From the sequence record SRR33789315_132: DNA of 58,038 nt. The stretch is one strand, 5' to 3'. Position numbers and translations under genes: made by a program. Below, piece after piece: positions 1-8,816 of this stretch (position 1 is its first letter; every line of letters begins with the position of its first letter). Below the pieces are notes generated by a model. It saw only the letters and a program-made list of their open reading frames with translations. It did no database searches and was not told the origin of the DNA.

Positions 1-2
1 TG

Positions 3-236
3 CGAGATGAAACGCGTATTGTCAACGTGATGGATCATTTGCATGATTCAGGAGTTCACGCACGCCGTTATTTTTATCCCTCGCTAGATTCAGTAACTTA
101 CTTGGAATCTACTGAAACTAACTGTCCTGAGTCGCGATGGTTATCACAAAGAATTTTATGCTTGCCAATTTATTCAGGATTGAGTAACGAAAGTATTAAG
201 GGAATTGCAGAAACAATTTTAAAGGTATGTACATGA
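3..236 (+). CDS. DegT/DnrJ/EryC1/StrS sugar aminotransferase (VioA-like), 3' end only
   Basis: Frame is open from the window edge; C-terminal signature RRYFYPSL...CPES..LS.RILCLPIY is typical of the family. Confidence 0.85.
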   Translation, partial: RDETRIVNVMDHLHDSGVHARRYFYPSLDSVTYLESTETNCPESRWLSQRILCLPIYSGLSNESIKGIAETILKVCT

Positions 237-1177
237 CTAGACCTCCAGCAGGGGTTTTTTTCAGAAACCCGGTGTCGTCTTCACATGTTATTGCGCATAT
301 CAAAGCGCTGGTCGGTCTTAGCTTGTTGGAAGGCCCGAGTGATTTGGAGTTGGAAGGTACTTGTGACTCACGTTGCGGCGGCCATAAACAATTGGTTTTC
401 ACTACATGTGAGCATTATTCGAACAGGTTATCGTTAACTGAGTCCTTAGTGCTGATTGACGAGATTCCCGATAAATTAATACGCGGTTCAAATCAGTTCT
501 GTATGCTATGCGACCCCAGAGCTATATTTATAGATGTATTGACGTGGTTGATAGAAACGGTAGGTGTAGATGCCCATCATCGCGGCTTTACGAATGAAGC
601 TACTATTTCAGTAAATGCTCAGGTATCAAGCGCTGCGATCGTTGAGCATGGAGTAGAAATCGGGTCAGGAAGCGTTATCAGTGCAGGTGCAGTGGTCAAA
701 ACTGGAACCCGTATAGGTAAGAACACGTTTATTCGAGAAAACGCCGTTATTGGTAGTGACGGCGTGACTGTCTATCGTACGGCAGACGATAGGCTATTAA
801 AATTTCCCCATCTTGGCGGTGTGTTTATTGGAAGTAATACCGAAATCGGAGTGAGCACCGTTGTTGCCGGAGGAATTCTTGCTCCCACGATTGTTGATAG
901 TGATGTAATTATCGGCAGTCTGTGCAACATAGGTCATGGCAGTAAAGTAGGAAGATTGGTGTGGATGTCGGTAGGTTCACTGCTAGGAGGCCATACAACG
1001 GTTAACACCGGAGCGACCATAGCTATGGGGTGTTGTATTCGCGATAACTTAGTGATTGGAGAGAAGGCGTCCTTGGGTATGGGTAGCGTAGTGGTGAAGG
1101 ACGTTGAGGCAACACACGCGGTATTTGGCAATCCCGCTAAGCGAATGCCTAGGCTTAAAACGGGTCCTAGCCGATAG
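233..1177 (+). CDS. Hexapeptide-repeat (left-handed beta-helix) acyltransferase, LpxD-like
   Basis: Many [LIV]Gxxxx repeats, IGSDG..PHLGGVFIG, NIGHG His, C-terminal GNPAK. ATG 233 overlaps the upstream TGA and follows AAAGG. Confidence 0.8.
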   Translation: MTRPPAGVFFRNPVSSSHVIAHIKALVGLSLLEGPSDLELEGTCDSRCGGHKQLVFTTCEHYSNRLSLTESLVLIDEIPDKLIRGSNQFCMLCDPRAIFIDVLTWLIETVGVDAHHRGFTNEATISVNAQVSSAAIVEHGVEIGSGSVISAGAVVKTGTRIGKNTFIRENAVIGSDGVTVYRTADDRLLKFPHLGGVFIGSNTEIGVSTVVAGGILAPTIVDSDVIIGSLCNIGHGSKVGRLVWMSVGSLLGGHTTVNTGATIAMGCCIRDNLVIGEKASLGMGSVVVKDVEATHAVFGNPAKRMPRLKTGPSR

Positions 1178-1189
1178 ACAGGAGTTGTG

Positions 1190-1762
1190 ATGTCTGAAAT
1201 TCTAAAATTTGTTTTAAAGGGGCACCGGAATTACGTGCAGGGAACCAGTTTGTTTAATGCACTGGTTGAGGCGGGTAGTCGGAGAGGTTTGACTGAGGGG
1301 CGTATTAGTGTGTCTTTTAAACACATGCTTCATAACCCTGTCGGTATTTTGGAAGAGCGAGCAGCAACTCCAGGAGATGCAGTTATAGCTAAGATATCGG
1401 GCAAAAATGGCAAGATAATCTCACTGTGTATTAACGAATCAGCTGAAACGGAAAAAGCCGTGCGTCAAGAGTTTAACGAAATCGAAGTCTGTCGTGATTC
1501 AGTCGTCGGCGATAAAAACATAGTTCAGTACAATCCGCAACACGAAGATAGGATTGAATTGCTTGTGTCGCTCTGTAAGAAAATGCATCAGGAGTGTATA
1601 GATAACACTAAAAAATGGGTATTTTCCCGTTATGAGGGAGCCTATCCAATTCGTATAACTGATAAAGTAGAGTTGCGTATCACAAAACAGGTAGGTACTC
1701 GATTGACGAACAGTGATGTATTGGCAAGTGGCCAAAAAATCGGTGAGATCTACTTTTCATGA
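1190..1762 (+). CDS. Hypothetical protein in acylation module
   Basis: ~190-aa ORF with CAGGAG RBS, tightly packed between the acyltransferase and KASIII; no family confidently recognised. Confidence 0.75.
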   Translation: MSEILKFVLKGHRNYVQGTSLFNALVEAGSRRGLTEGRISVSFKHMLHNPVGILEERAATPGDAVIAKISGKNGKIISLCINESAETEKAVRQEFNEIEVCRDSVVGDKNIVQYNPQHEDRIELLVSLCKKMHQECIDNTKKWVFSRYEGAYPIRITDKVELRITKQVGTRLTNSDVLASGQKIGEIYFS

Positions 1763-1788
1763 CAAACTAAATAGCTCAGGAGACAATA

Positions 1789-2718
1789 ATGCTTGGGATT
1801 CAAGCGGTAGCAAGCTACCTTCCGAATGGGCGGGTAAACAACCTAGATCAAGCTGACCATTTTCAGACGGCTAGAGATTTTGTAGAGCAGAAAATTGGCG
1901 CTACAAGTCTGCCAAGATTTGAGCAGCAAGATAATGTAGTGAAGGCCAGTGTAGCCGCTTTCGAGCGCCTTACTCAGAACGCCAGCATAGACAAGTCTGA
2001 GATTGAGTGTGTTGTGCTTTGTACACAAAATCCGGACAACGGTGGATTGCCTCATAACTCCGCTTTGATTCACGCCGCATTGGAATTACCAGAAGAATGT
2101 GCCTGTTTCGATATCGGGTTAGGCTGTTCCGGTTACGTGTATGGTTTGAGCGTGATTCAGTCTTTTATGGCCGCTAACGGGATGAGAAAAGGTCTCTTTT
2201 TTACTTGTGATCCCTACTCTCGAATTCTTGATCCCGAAGATAAGAATACCAGTCTCTTGTTTGGGGATGCTGCCTCCGTGACGCTCATCAGTGAGACGCC
2301 TGTTTACAGACTAATAACAGCAAAGTTCTCCACGAGAGGTAGCGGAAGTAAAGCGTTACAGAAAACAGATTCTGGTCTCGCAATGAATGGCCGAGCTGTG
2401 TTCAATTTCGCGCTGCAAGATGTACCGAAACAAATCAAGCAAGTGCTAGCCACTGCCAATTTGGTTGACGATGATATTGATCTTTTTTTGTTGCACCAAG
2501 GCAGTCGTTTCATGCTGGAGAACACGATCAAGCGAGCTAGCATTCCGGCAGCGAAAGCGCCCATTAGGTTGTCTGAAGCAGGAAACACTGTTTCGTCGTC
2601 TATCCCATTACTATTAGAGACAGAGCAGCACAAAAGCCATCAAAGGATTCTAATGTCAGGGTTTGGAGTTGGACTATCTTGGGCGACAGCAATTTACGAA
2701 AAAGTACAACCAGATTAA
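1789..2718 (+). CDS. 3-oxoacyl-ACP synthase III (FabH-like)
   Basis: Cys-His-Asn triad motifs LGCSGY, LHQGS, GNTVSSS; LFGDAA; MNGRAVF; AGGAG RBS. Confidence 0.92.
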   Translation: MLGIQAVASYLPNGRVNNLDQADHFQTARDFVEQKIGATSLPRFEQQDNVVKASVAAFERLTQNASIDKSEIECVVLCTQNPDNGGLPHNSALIHAALELPEECACFDIGLGCSGYVYGLSVIQSFMAANGMRKGLFFTCDPYSRILDPEDKNTSLLFGDAASVTLISETPVYRLITAKFSTRGSGSKALQKTDSGLAMNGRAVFNFALQDVPKQIKQVLATANLVDDDIDLFLLHQGSRFMLENTIKRASIPAAKAPIRLSEAGNTVSSSIPLLLETEQHKSHQRILMSGFGVGLSWATAIYEKVQPD

Positions 2719-2729
2719 AAGGAAATATT

Positions 2730-2963
2730 ATGAATCACGAAGAAGCTGTAAAGATTGTTGTATCCACATTGGAGAAAAGTGTTGAAGGTCTCAAAATGAC
2801 TGAACACAAAATGAGTAGCACACTAGAAGATCTAGGAGTTGATTCGCTTGATGTTATGATATTTTTGATGGATATTGATGAAGCTACTGGCGTGTCAATC
2901 AGTGATGACGATGCTGAGTATTTGGATACGCCTGAAAAGATTGTCGAGTTTATACTGAAATAA
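2730..2963 (+). CDS. Acyl carrier protein
   Basis: 77-aa acidic protein with LGVDSLD phosphopantetheinylation motif; AAGGA RBS before ATG 2730. Confidence 0.9.
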   Translation: MNHEEAVKIVVSTLEKSVEGLKMTEHKMSSTLEDLGVDSLDVMIFLMDIDEATGVSISDDDAEYLDTPEKIVEFILK

Positions 2964-3199
2964 TTCTTGAGTTTTTGACACACTTTTATTTTTTGCGCGA
3001 AGATCTTGAGTGCAATCCTCCTTAGAGTAAGAGGCGGCAATAAGTAGAAGACTCTGTTAATACTGGCCCAGAGAATTCTTTATGAAGCAGCTCGTGAACT
3101 ATTAGATGAGCGTACTCAGAGTTGTAGCTGGATTCTATAGTTCATGCTTTCGGTGAAGGTCGGACACAAGAATGCCTAACTGTTAGGTTGAAGCAAGTG

Positions 3200-3940
3200 T
3201 AACCACTCTGCAGAGATGATTGGAATTTCCGTGGCGCGAATGAATATCCGAGAGTGAGACGGTGTTAATGAGGCCTGTCCTGTATCACGGGTTGATTCGA
3301 GCGATTACTTCCCAACGATACGTGATATTTACCAGCAAGATATTTTGAATTTGTCATTTCGCTTTTTGGCATAGAACTCCCACATATTGTAAATGCCCGC
3401 GAATAGTTTCTTGGGTCTGGGTTACAATAAGTTGTCCGCAACTCATGGGTAATTGCCATAGCTAATGATAAGTGGATAACGTACTTTTTTCTAAAGACAA
3501 ATTTTATTACTTCTCCAAAAACATTTTGTCATTGGAAACTGTTCTGTCCTCGATGAATATTGGTTCTTTAACCTACCCTTTGATCGTTAAAACACGATGT
3601 GGTATGGGTTCGATACTATAGTTCCGTACAGACATTTATGAGCGATCTAAGAATGCGTTATGGCGCAAGTTACAGATGACTCAAGACTTGTTAAGTTGTG
3701 TAGTAAGCTTGCAAGTTTACTTCAGAATGGGAGTAACATGGATGTAGACGTAATGGAAAACAGTGACAGTGCATTGCTTAAGTTGGTCATGAATGCACAG
3801 TTTGGCAGGGGTACCTCTTCAGCGATCTTGCGGGCGTGGCTTGCCCAGCAATACTTGTCTATCTGGCAAGATTCTTGTTTTAGCAAATGCTACAAATTGG
3901 TTTTGTAGGCCTAAAAAAATTGATAGGAGTGAAGTGTTGA
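3200..3940 (+). pseudogene. Degraded ATP-grasp (carbamoyl-phosphate-synthase-like) gene, paralogue of 29394..30410
   Basis: Manual translation gives SLFGIELPHIVNARE*F...WVIAIANDKWITYFFLK (stops at 3404 and 3428), a frameshift near 3525, YPLIVKTRCGMGS, then NMDVDVM..MNAQFGRG and YLFSDLAGV. All are collinear with the intact gene. End coordinates approximate. Confidence 0.88.
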
Positions 3941-3991
3941 TATCCCCACTGCCACTCACAATAAACCATATTGTAAATGTTTGGGGGGAAA

Positions 3992-4690
3992 ATGATCAGG
4001 AAAGCTTTAGCTAAAGCAAAAAAATACATCAGTTGTAAAGTAACAAATTTGCAAAATAGGAGAAAGGTCGCAGGTAAGGTAAAGTATTTTTGCATAGGTA
4101 GAAACAAGACTGGCACGACTTCACTGAAAGTTGCGTTTGAATGTCTTGGTTACCCCGTGGGCAACCAACGGATAGCCGAAATTATTACCAGCAAGCATTA
4201 CTTCGACGGCAATTTCAGGCCCATAGTGAATTACTGCAAAACCGCCCAGGTGTTTCAGGATGTGCCGTTTAGTTACCCTGAAACCTACAAACATCTGGAT
4301 AAGGCCTACCCAGGTAGTAAGTTTGTTCTGACAGTCAGGGATGACGCTGAGCAGTGGTACCGGTCGATCACTCGGTTTCACGCTAAGATGTTCGGTAAGG
4401 ATGGGAGCGTTCCAACAGTGGAAGACCTTAGAGCCGCCCGGTATGTCCGGCCAGGTTTTATGTACAATATTGTGCGTGTCCACGGGACAACCGACGAAGA
4501 CCCGTACGAAAAAGAAGCCATGATCAATCACTACGTTCGTTATAATCAAGATGTGATGGAGTACTTCAAAGATCGCCCAGATTTTTTATTAGTGATTAAC
4601 GTCGCAGAGAAGGGGGCTTATCAGAAGTTTGTAGATTTTCTTGGAGTGGATTCCTCTTACGACGACTTTCCATGGAAGAACAAAACTTGA
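3992..4690 (+). CDS. Sulfotransferase family protein (P-loop, Sulfotransfer_4-like)
   Basis: FCIGRNKTGTTSL 5'-PSB loop, FQDVPF, YPGSKFVLTVRD, C-terminal FPWKN. Confidence 0.85.
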   Translation: MIRKALAKAKKYISCKVTNLQNRRKVAGKVKYFCIGRNKTGTTSLKVAFECLGYPVGNQRIAEIITSKHYFDGNFRPIVNYCKTAQVFQDVPFSYPETYKHLDKAYPGSKFVLTVRDDAEQWYRSITRFHAKMFGKDGSVPTVEDLRAARYVRPGFMYNIVRVHGTTDEDPYEKEAMINHYVRYNQDVMEYFKDRPDFLLVINVAEKGAYQKFVDFLGVDSSYDDFPWKNKT

Positions 4691-4706
4691 TGTCGAGCTG
4701 CATTGA

Positions 4707-4806
4707 ATGAAGGATATGGGGCGTAGAATCGGCGTTGGCGTCTTTTGGAATTTGGGAAGCCTGTTCTTGACGCAGGGTGCCTGCATGATTTTTATCTTGT
4801 TTCTAG
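4707..4806 (+). pseudogene. wzx: Truncated 5' fragment of a wzx flippase
   Basis: MKDMGRRIGVGVFWNLGSLFLTQGACMIFILFL matches the N-terminus of 5264..6694 (MKSMNKKISVGVFWNLASFMLNRGASTIFTLFL) at 20/33 residues; it ends exactly at an IS end. Confidence 0.88.
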
Positions 4807-5060
4807 TGACCTATCCCCCTTAGTTAGAACCATGGTCAAGATGAGATTTCCGGTTAAATTACCAATTGAGAATTCTCAACATGTCTAAGCGTTAATTATA
4901 AAAACAGATAATCAAGGTCATTAAAAAGTATGAGACTGGAGCAAATATTGAAGACTTCAGCCACAAGCAAGCCAGGAGTATCAACTGGTACCTTTTGTAA
5001 CTAACGTTGCAAGTTTGCTCGGTTGATAGTGAACGAAGCAGAACGGCTGCTAGCTCTGTT
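4807..5060 (+). mobile_element. IS3-family (IS407-group) remnant: left end plus decayed OrfA
   Basis: Starts TGACCTATCCCCC (IS407-type terminus). From ATG 4881: MSKR*L*KQIIKVIKKYETGANIED, then after a frameshift GVSTGTFCN*RCKFARLIVNEAERLLAL, resembling the IS3 OrfA HTH pattern EQII..GIS..TFYNW.SKY.G..V.EA.RL..L. Confidence 0.8.
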
Positions 5061-5263
5061 ATTGTCGACAATCTAGATATATAAATGAGTAATTTGTTTT
5101 AGCTGTAAGCTGTATTGCGGACCATTAACCGCAATACGACGAGTCGCAAAATAGGCTCGGAAGTACAAGAAGGAGATAAGTACCTTTGGATGCTTTGTCA
5201 ATGGAATAAACGAACATAAAGTGTTTGCTAGAAGCGAACATACAAAAGAGCAATGAACTAGCT

Positions 5264-6694
5264 ATGAAATCGATGAACAAGAAGATTAGTGTCGGTGTTT
5301 TTTGGAATCTGGCAAGTTTCATGCTCAATCGCGGTGCTTCAACGATATTTACTTTGTTTCTTGCAAGGTTGCTCGCCCCAGAAAGTTTCGGCCTGATAGC
5401 TATGCTGATGATTGTTATGGAACTTGCACAGCACTTTTCCCAGTCTGGTTTAGGGTTGGCTCTCATTCGAAGCAAGGAGGTTAGTGAGGAAGATCTATCG
5501 ACAATCTTTTATTCAAACCTAATTTTGAGTATATTGGCATATGCCGGACTTTTTAGTATCGCCCCCTTTCTTTCAGCATTCTATCAGCAACCTCTACTAG
5601 TAGATCTCTTAAGAGTCCTAGGTTTAGTAGTTTTTCTAAATGCAATGACGATTGTTCCGACTGCGCTACTTTCTAGGCAAATGAATTTTCGAACACAGAT
5701 GATTGCAAACACTCTAGGTGTTATTGTTTCTGGGATAGTTGCAGTTCTACTGGCTTGGCATGGGGTTGGAGTGTGGAGTTTAGTCGCGCAATCTATGGTG
5801 GCAACGGCAGTTACGGTGTCAATTATCTGGTACACAACTGCATGGGTGCCAAAACTATTATTTAGTATCGACTCATTCAAACGACTATTTGGGTTCGGTG
5901 TGAATCTGCTAGCTATCGGGGTAGTCAGAATTTTGGTTGAAAACTCTTACATTGTAGTAATCGGTAGGGTTTTTTCGGCAGAGGTCACTGGTCTTTATTT
6001 TTTCTCTAGTAAAATTAGCCAGCTTATCTCTATGCAACTGACTCGGGCAGTTCAACGGGCCACATTGCCCGCAATGGCTACCTTACAAGAAGATAGTAAG
6101 TCTCTCCGACGAAAATATCGACAAATAATTCAAACCATGATGTTTTTCATTTCTCCTGTTATGGGAATGACAGCCGCTATGGCTGAGCCCTTGATAGAGG
6201 CTATTTTAGGCGAACAATGGAATGGGGCGATTGTATACACGCAGTTATTGTGTATTGTTGCTGCCCTTTACCCGCTTCATGCCATAAATGTAAATGTACT
6301 GAATGTGAAAGGTCGCTCTGATCTTGTGCTCAAGATAGGCTTGATCAAAAACGCTACCAGCTTGTTGCTACTCTTTGGAACGTTAAGTTTTGGAGTGTTC
6401 TGGATAATAGTTGGTCAGATCATCAATTCGTTTGTGTCGCTACTTCCTAACACATACTACACAGTTCGATTGATTGATTATGGTATAAAAGATCAATTGC
6501 TTGATGTTATAAAGCCGGTTTTGGCGGCAGTTATCGCGGCGTTTTCAGTTCACCTAATTGTTATTTTTTCTGATCTTGCACCATTTTATCTTCTGGTAGT
6601 CGGCTCTTTTGGTGGTATTGTGATCTATTCTTTGTTATGTAGATTTCTACGCGTGAATGCATTCGAGAAAATTTTGTCGAGAATAAAACGGTGA
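5264..6694 (+). CDS. wzx: Polysaccharide flippase (WzxC-like, MOP superfamily)
   Basis: Multi-pass hydrophobic protein; LARLLAPESFGLIAM and GVGVWSLVAQ motifs. Confidence 0.92.
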   Translation: MKSMNKKISVGVFWNLASFMLNRGASTIFTLFLARLLAPESFGLIAMLMIVMELAQHFSQSGLGLALIRSKEVSEEDLSTIFYSNLILSILAYAGLFSIAPFLSAFYQQPLLVDLLRVLGLVVFLNAMTIVPTALLSRQMNFRTQMIANTLGVIVSGIVAVLLAWHGVGVWSLVAQSMVATAVTVSIIWYTTAWVPKLLFSIDSFKRLFGFGVNLLAIGVVRILVENSYIVVIGRVFSAEVTGLYFFSSKISQLISMQLTRAVQRATLPAMATLQEDSKSLRRKYRQIIQTMMFFISPVMGMTAAMAEPLIEAILGEQWNGAIVYTQLLCIVAALYPLHAINVNVLNVKGRSDLVLKIGLIKNATSLLLLFGTLSFGVFWIIVGQIINSFVSLLPNTYYTVRLIDYGIKDQLLDVIKPVLAAVIAAFSVHLIVIFSDLAPFYLLVVGSFGGIVIYSLLCRFLRVNAFEKILSRIKR

Positions 6695-6755
6695 TCCTGT
6701 ATGTATTTTCTTTCATGAGTTCAGTTTGATTAGAAACTAATTACGAGGCTTACTA

Positions 6756-7772
6756 GTGTTGCGATCTGAAAGTGAAATAGTAGCTAGTTGGGAAGGTGAA
6801 TTGTCAGCGCCGAAAGTTAGCGTTGTGTGCGTCACATATAATCATGAAAAGTTTGTTGAAGATGCTTTGAGAGGAATATTAGTTCAAGAAACCAATTTTC
6901 CAATTGAGATTTTGATTCACGACGATGCATCACAAGACGGAACTCAAGAAATAATTGCACGTTACAAAGAGCAGTATCCTAATTTGATAAAGTGTTTTCT
7001 ACAGACGGAGAACCAATATTCACAAGGGCATACTCCAGTAATGATTCTGTCAGAAAAAACAAAGGGCGAGTATTGGGCGATTTGCGAGGGAGATGACTAC
7101 TGGATTGATAAAAGAAAACTTGCGACGCAGGTTGCTGCGCTTGAACTTCATCCAGAAATCAATTTTTCTTTTCACCCCGCTGAACAACTAAACTTCGAGA
7201 CGGGAGAAACGAAAATTATTGGTCAGTATCGTAGTGATAGTGGGGTTGTACCGCTTTCAGATGTAATAAAGAAAAGTTATGGTCAAATTCCAACGGCATC
7301 TACTCTTATAAGATATGATGCATTGACGCGGTATTTCTCGTTCAAGCGTAAAAACCCATATATAAGAGTCGGCGATATATACATTCACTTCTTTGGCTCA
7401 GAACCAAATGGTGCTTGGTATGTAGACAAAGTTAATAGTGTCTATCGTTTCTCTGTACCTGGTTCTTGGTCTCAAAAAAATATGCATTCTCACGTGATTG
7501 CTGTAAAGAATAAGGTGGCACGCGTAAAATCATTTCAAGTATTGAATAGTTTGACTAACGGGCTTTACAGCAAGGAGATAGCTGTAGTTAATGCGAAAAG
7601 AATCAAAAGCATTGCTAGAGATCATTATTTGCCAATCAGTGATCGGTTCTCCATGGTCGTAGATAATTTCCAGGGCATTCGGTTAACGAAGAAAATACAA
7701 TATGTCGGTTGGAGCTTAGTTCCTCGATCAATTCTAAGAAAGATTAACGCAATTAAAAAACAACAAAGTTAG
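6756..7772 (+). CDS. Glycosyltransferase family 2
   Basis: VSVVCVTYNHEKF, IHDDASQDGT, CEGDDYW. Confidence 0.92.
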   Translation: MLRSESEIVASWEGELSAPKVSVVCVTYNHEKFVEDALRGILVQETNFPIEILIHDDASQDGTQEIIARYKEQYPNLIKCFLQTENQYSQGHTPVMILSEKTKGEYWAICEGDDYWIDKRKLATQVAALELHPEINFSFHPAEQLNFETGETKIIGQYRSDSGVVPLSDVIKKSYGQIPTASTLIRYDALTRYFSFKRKNPYIRVGDIYIHFFGSEPNGAWYVDKVNSVYRFSVPGSWSQKNMHSHVIAVKNKVARVKSFQVLNSLTNGLYSKEIAVVNAKRIKSIARDHYLPISDRFSMVVDNFQGIRLTKKIQYVGWSLVPRSILRKINAIKKQQS

Positions 7773-7800
7773 ACAGATCCTCTTTCATGGAAATCATATT

Positions 7801-8772
7801 TTGAAATCTTCTCCTTATTTTTCTGTCATCGTACCCTTGTTTAACAAGGAGAGGCATATATCTCGTGCGATCCAATCTATTTTGAGACAATCAGATTCAG
7901 ATTTTGAAATAATTGTTGTTGATGATTGTTCAACCGACAATGGACTTATGCTTGTGCGTGGGTTCGGAGATCCGCGTATACGTGTACTTCAGCGAGATGT
8001 GGCCGGCCCCGGTGGATATGCAGCTCGCAATTTGGCTGGCGAGAATGCAAACGGAACTTGGCTTGTATTTTTGGACGCTGATGATGAATGGTATCGTGAT
8101 CACCTACTAAATATTAGAAAAGTGGCGAATCAATGTCCTTGTGCAAGTATTATAGGTTCCGGTTGGGAGTCGATTCGACAATCGCGAGTAACTGTAAATC
8201 AATACTATGCCAAGCACACTGAACTGGAATCGCACAGTATTAGTCTCTCGCTCTATCTAAAAGAGGCTATTAGCGATCGTCGTCCCTTTCATACATCTGC
8301 TGTGGCCATGCAACGCACGTTATTTAAGTCTATTGGAGGGTTTCCTGAAGGACGTGCGAAAAAGGGAGGAGATTTGTATTTGTGGACTCGATCGGTTGCT
8401 TTCGGAAATGCGTACTGGAATCCGTTCGTGGGAGCTCGCTACTATCACACTTCGGATAACAAGGCTATTCATGCAGCGACTTTTAGTGTTGATCTTATTA
8501 GGAGCATGGTAGTTGAACTAGAGAATGTTGTTTCTGGAGAAGAGTTGAAGCTTTTAAAATTGTATGCGAACAAGATGATGAAGAAAGCGTTTGTTGAAAA
8601 AATTTACAGGCATGAACAGTTTGAAAACAACTTTTTGAAATCTGGATTCTATACGGGAGCGGTTGACTATTGCTCTAGAGCAATATTCTCTTTACTGCCT
8701 CATTCGTGCTTTCGGCTTAAGGCCTTTTTGACAATATTATTGCGCAAGGCTGTTCGGCCAATCAAAAAGTGA
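7801..8772 (+). CDS. Glycosyltransferase family 2
   Basis: FSVIVPLFNKE, VVDDCSTD, AARNLA, FLDADDEW. Confidence 0.92.
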   Translation: MKSSPYFSVIVPLFNKERHISRAIQSILRQSDSDFEIIVVDDCSTDNGLMLVRGFGDPRIRVLQRDVAGPGGYAARNLAGENANGTWLVFLDADDEWYRDHLLNIRKVANQCPCASIIGSGWESIRQSRVTVNQYYAKHTELESHSISLSLYLKEAISDRRPFHTSAVAMQRTLFKSIGGFPEGRAKKGGDLYLWTRSVAFGNAYWNPFVGARYYHTSDNKAIHAATFSVDLIRSMVVELENVVSGEELKLLKLYANKMMKKAFVEKIYRHEQFENNFLKSGFYTGAVDYCSRAIFSLLPHSCFRLKAFLTILLRKAVRPIKK

Positions 8773-8816
8773 TCGGTTTAATTGTTGCCTAAAACATAAC
8801 CTTGTAGGAGCTGATT

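Noticed and set aside
3030-3140. Fragment ED..ILAQRILYEAAR resembling the C-terminus of some IS3-family transposases
   Set aside because: Too short and degenerate to support without a blastx search; no clear terminal repeat.
3660-3908. 82-aa ORF as an independent small gene
   Set aside because: It is a fragment of the ATP-grasp pseudogene (NMDVDVM, MNAQFGRG).
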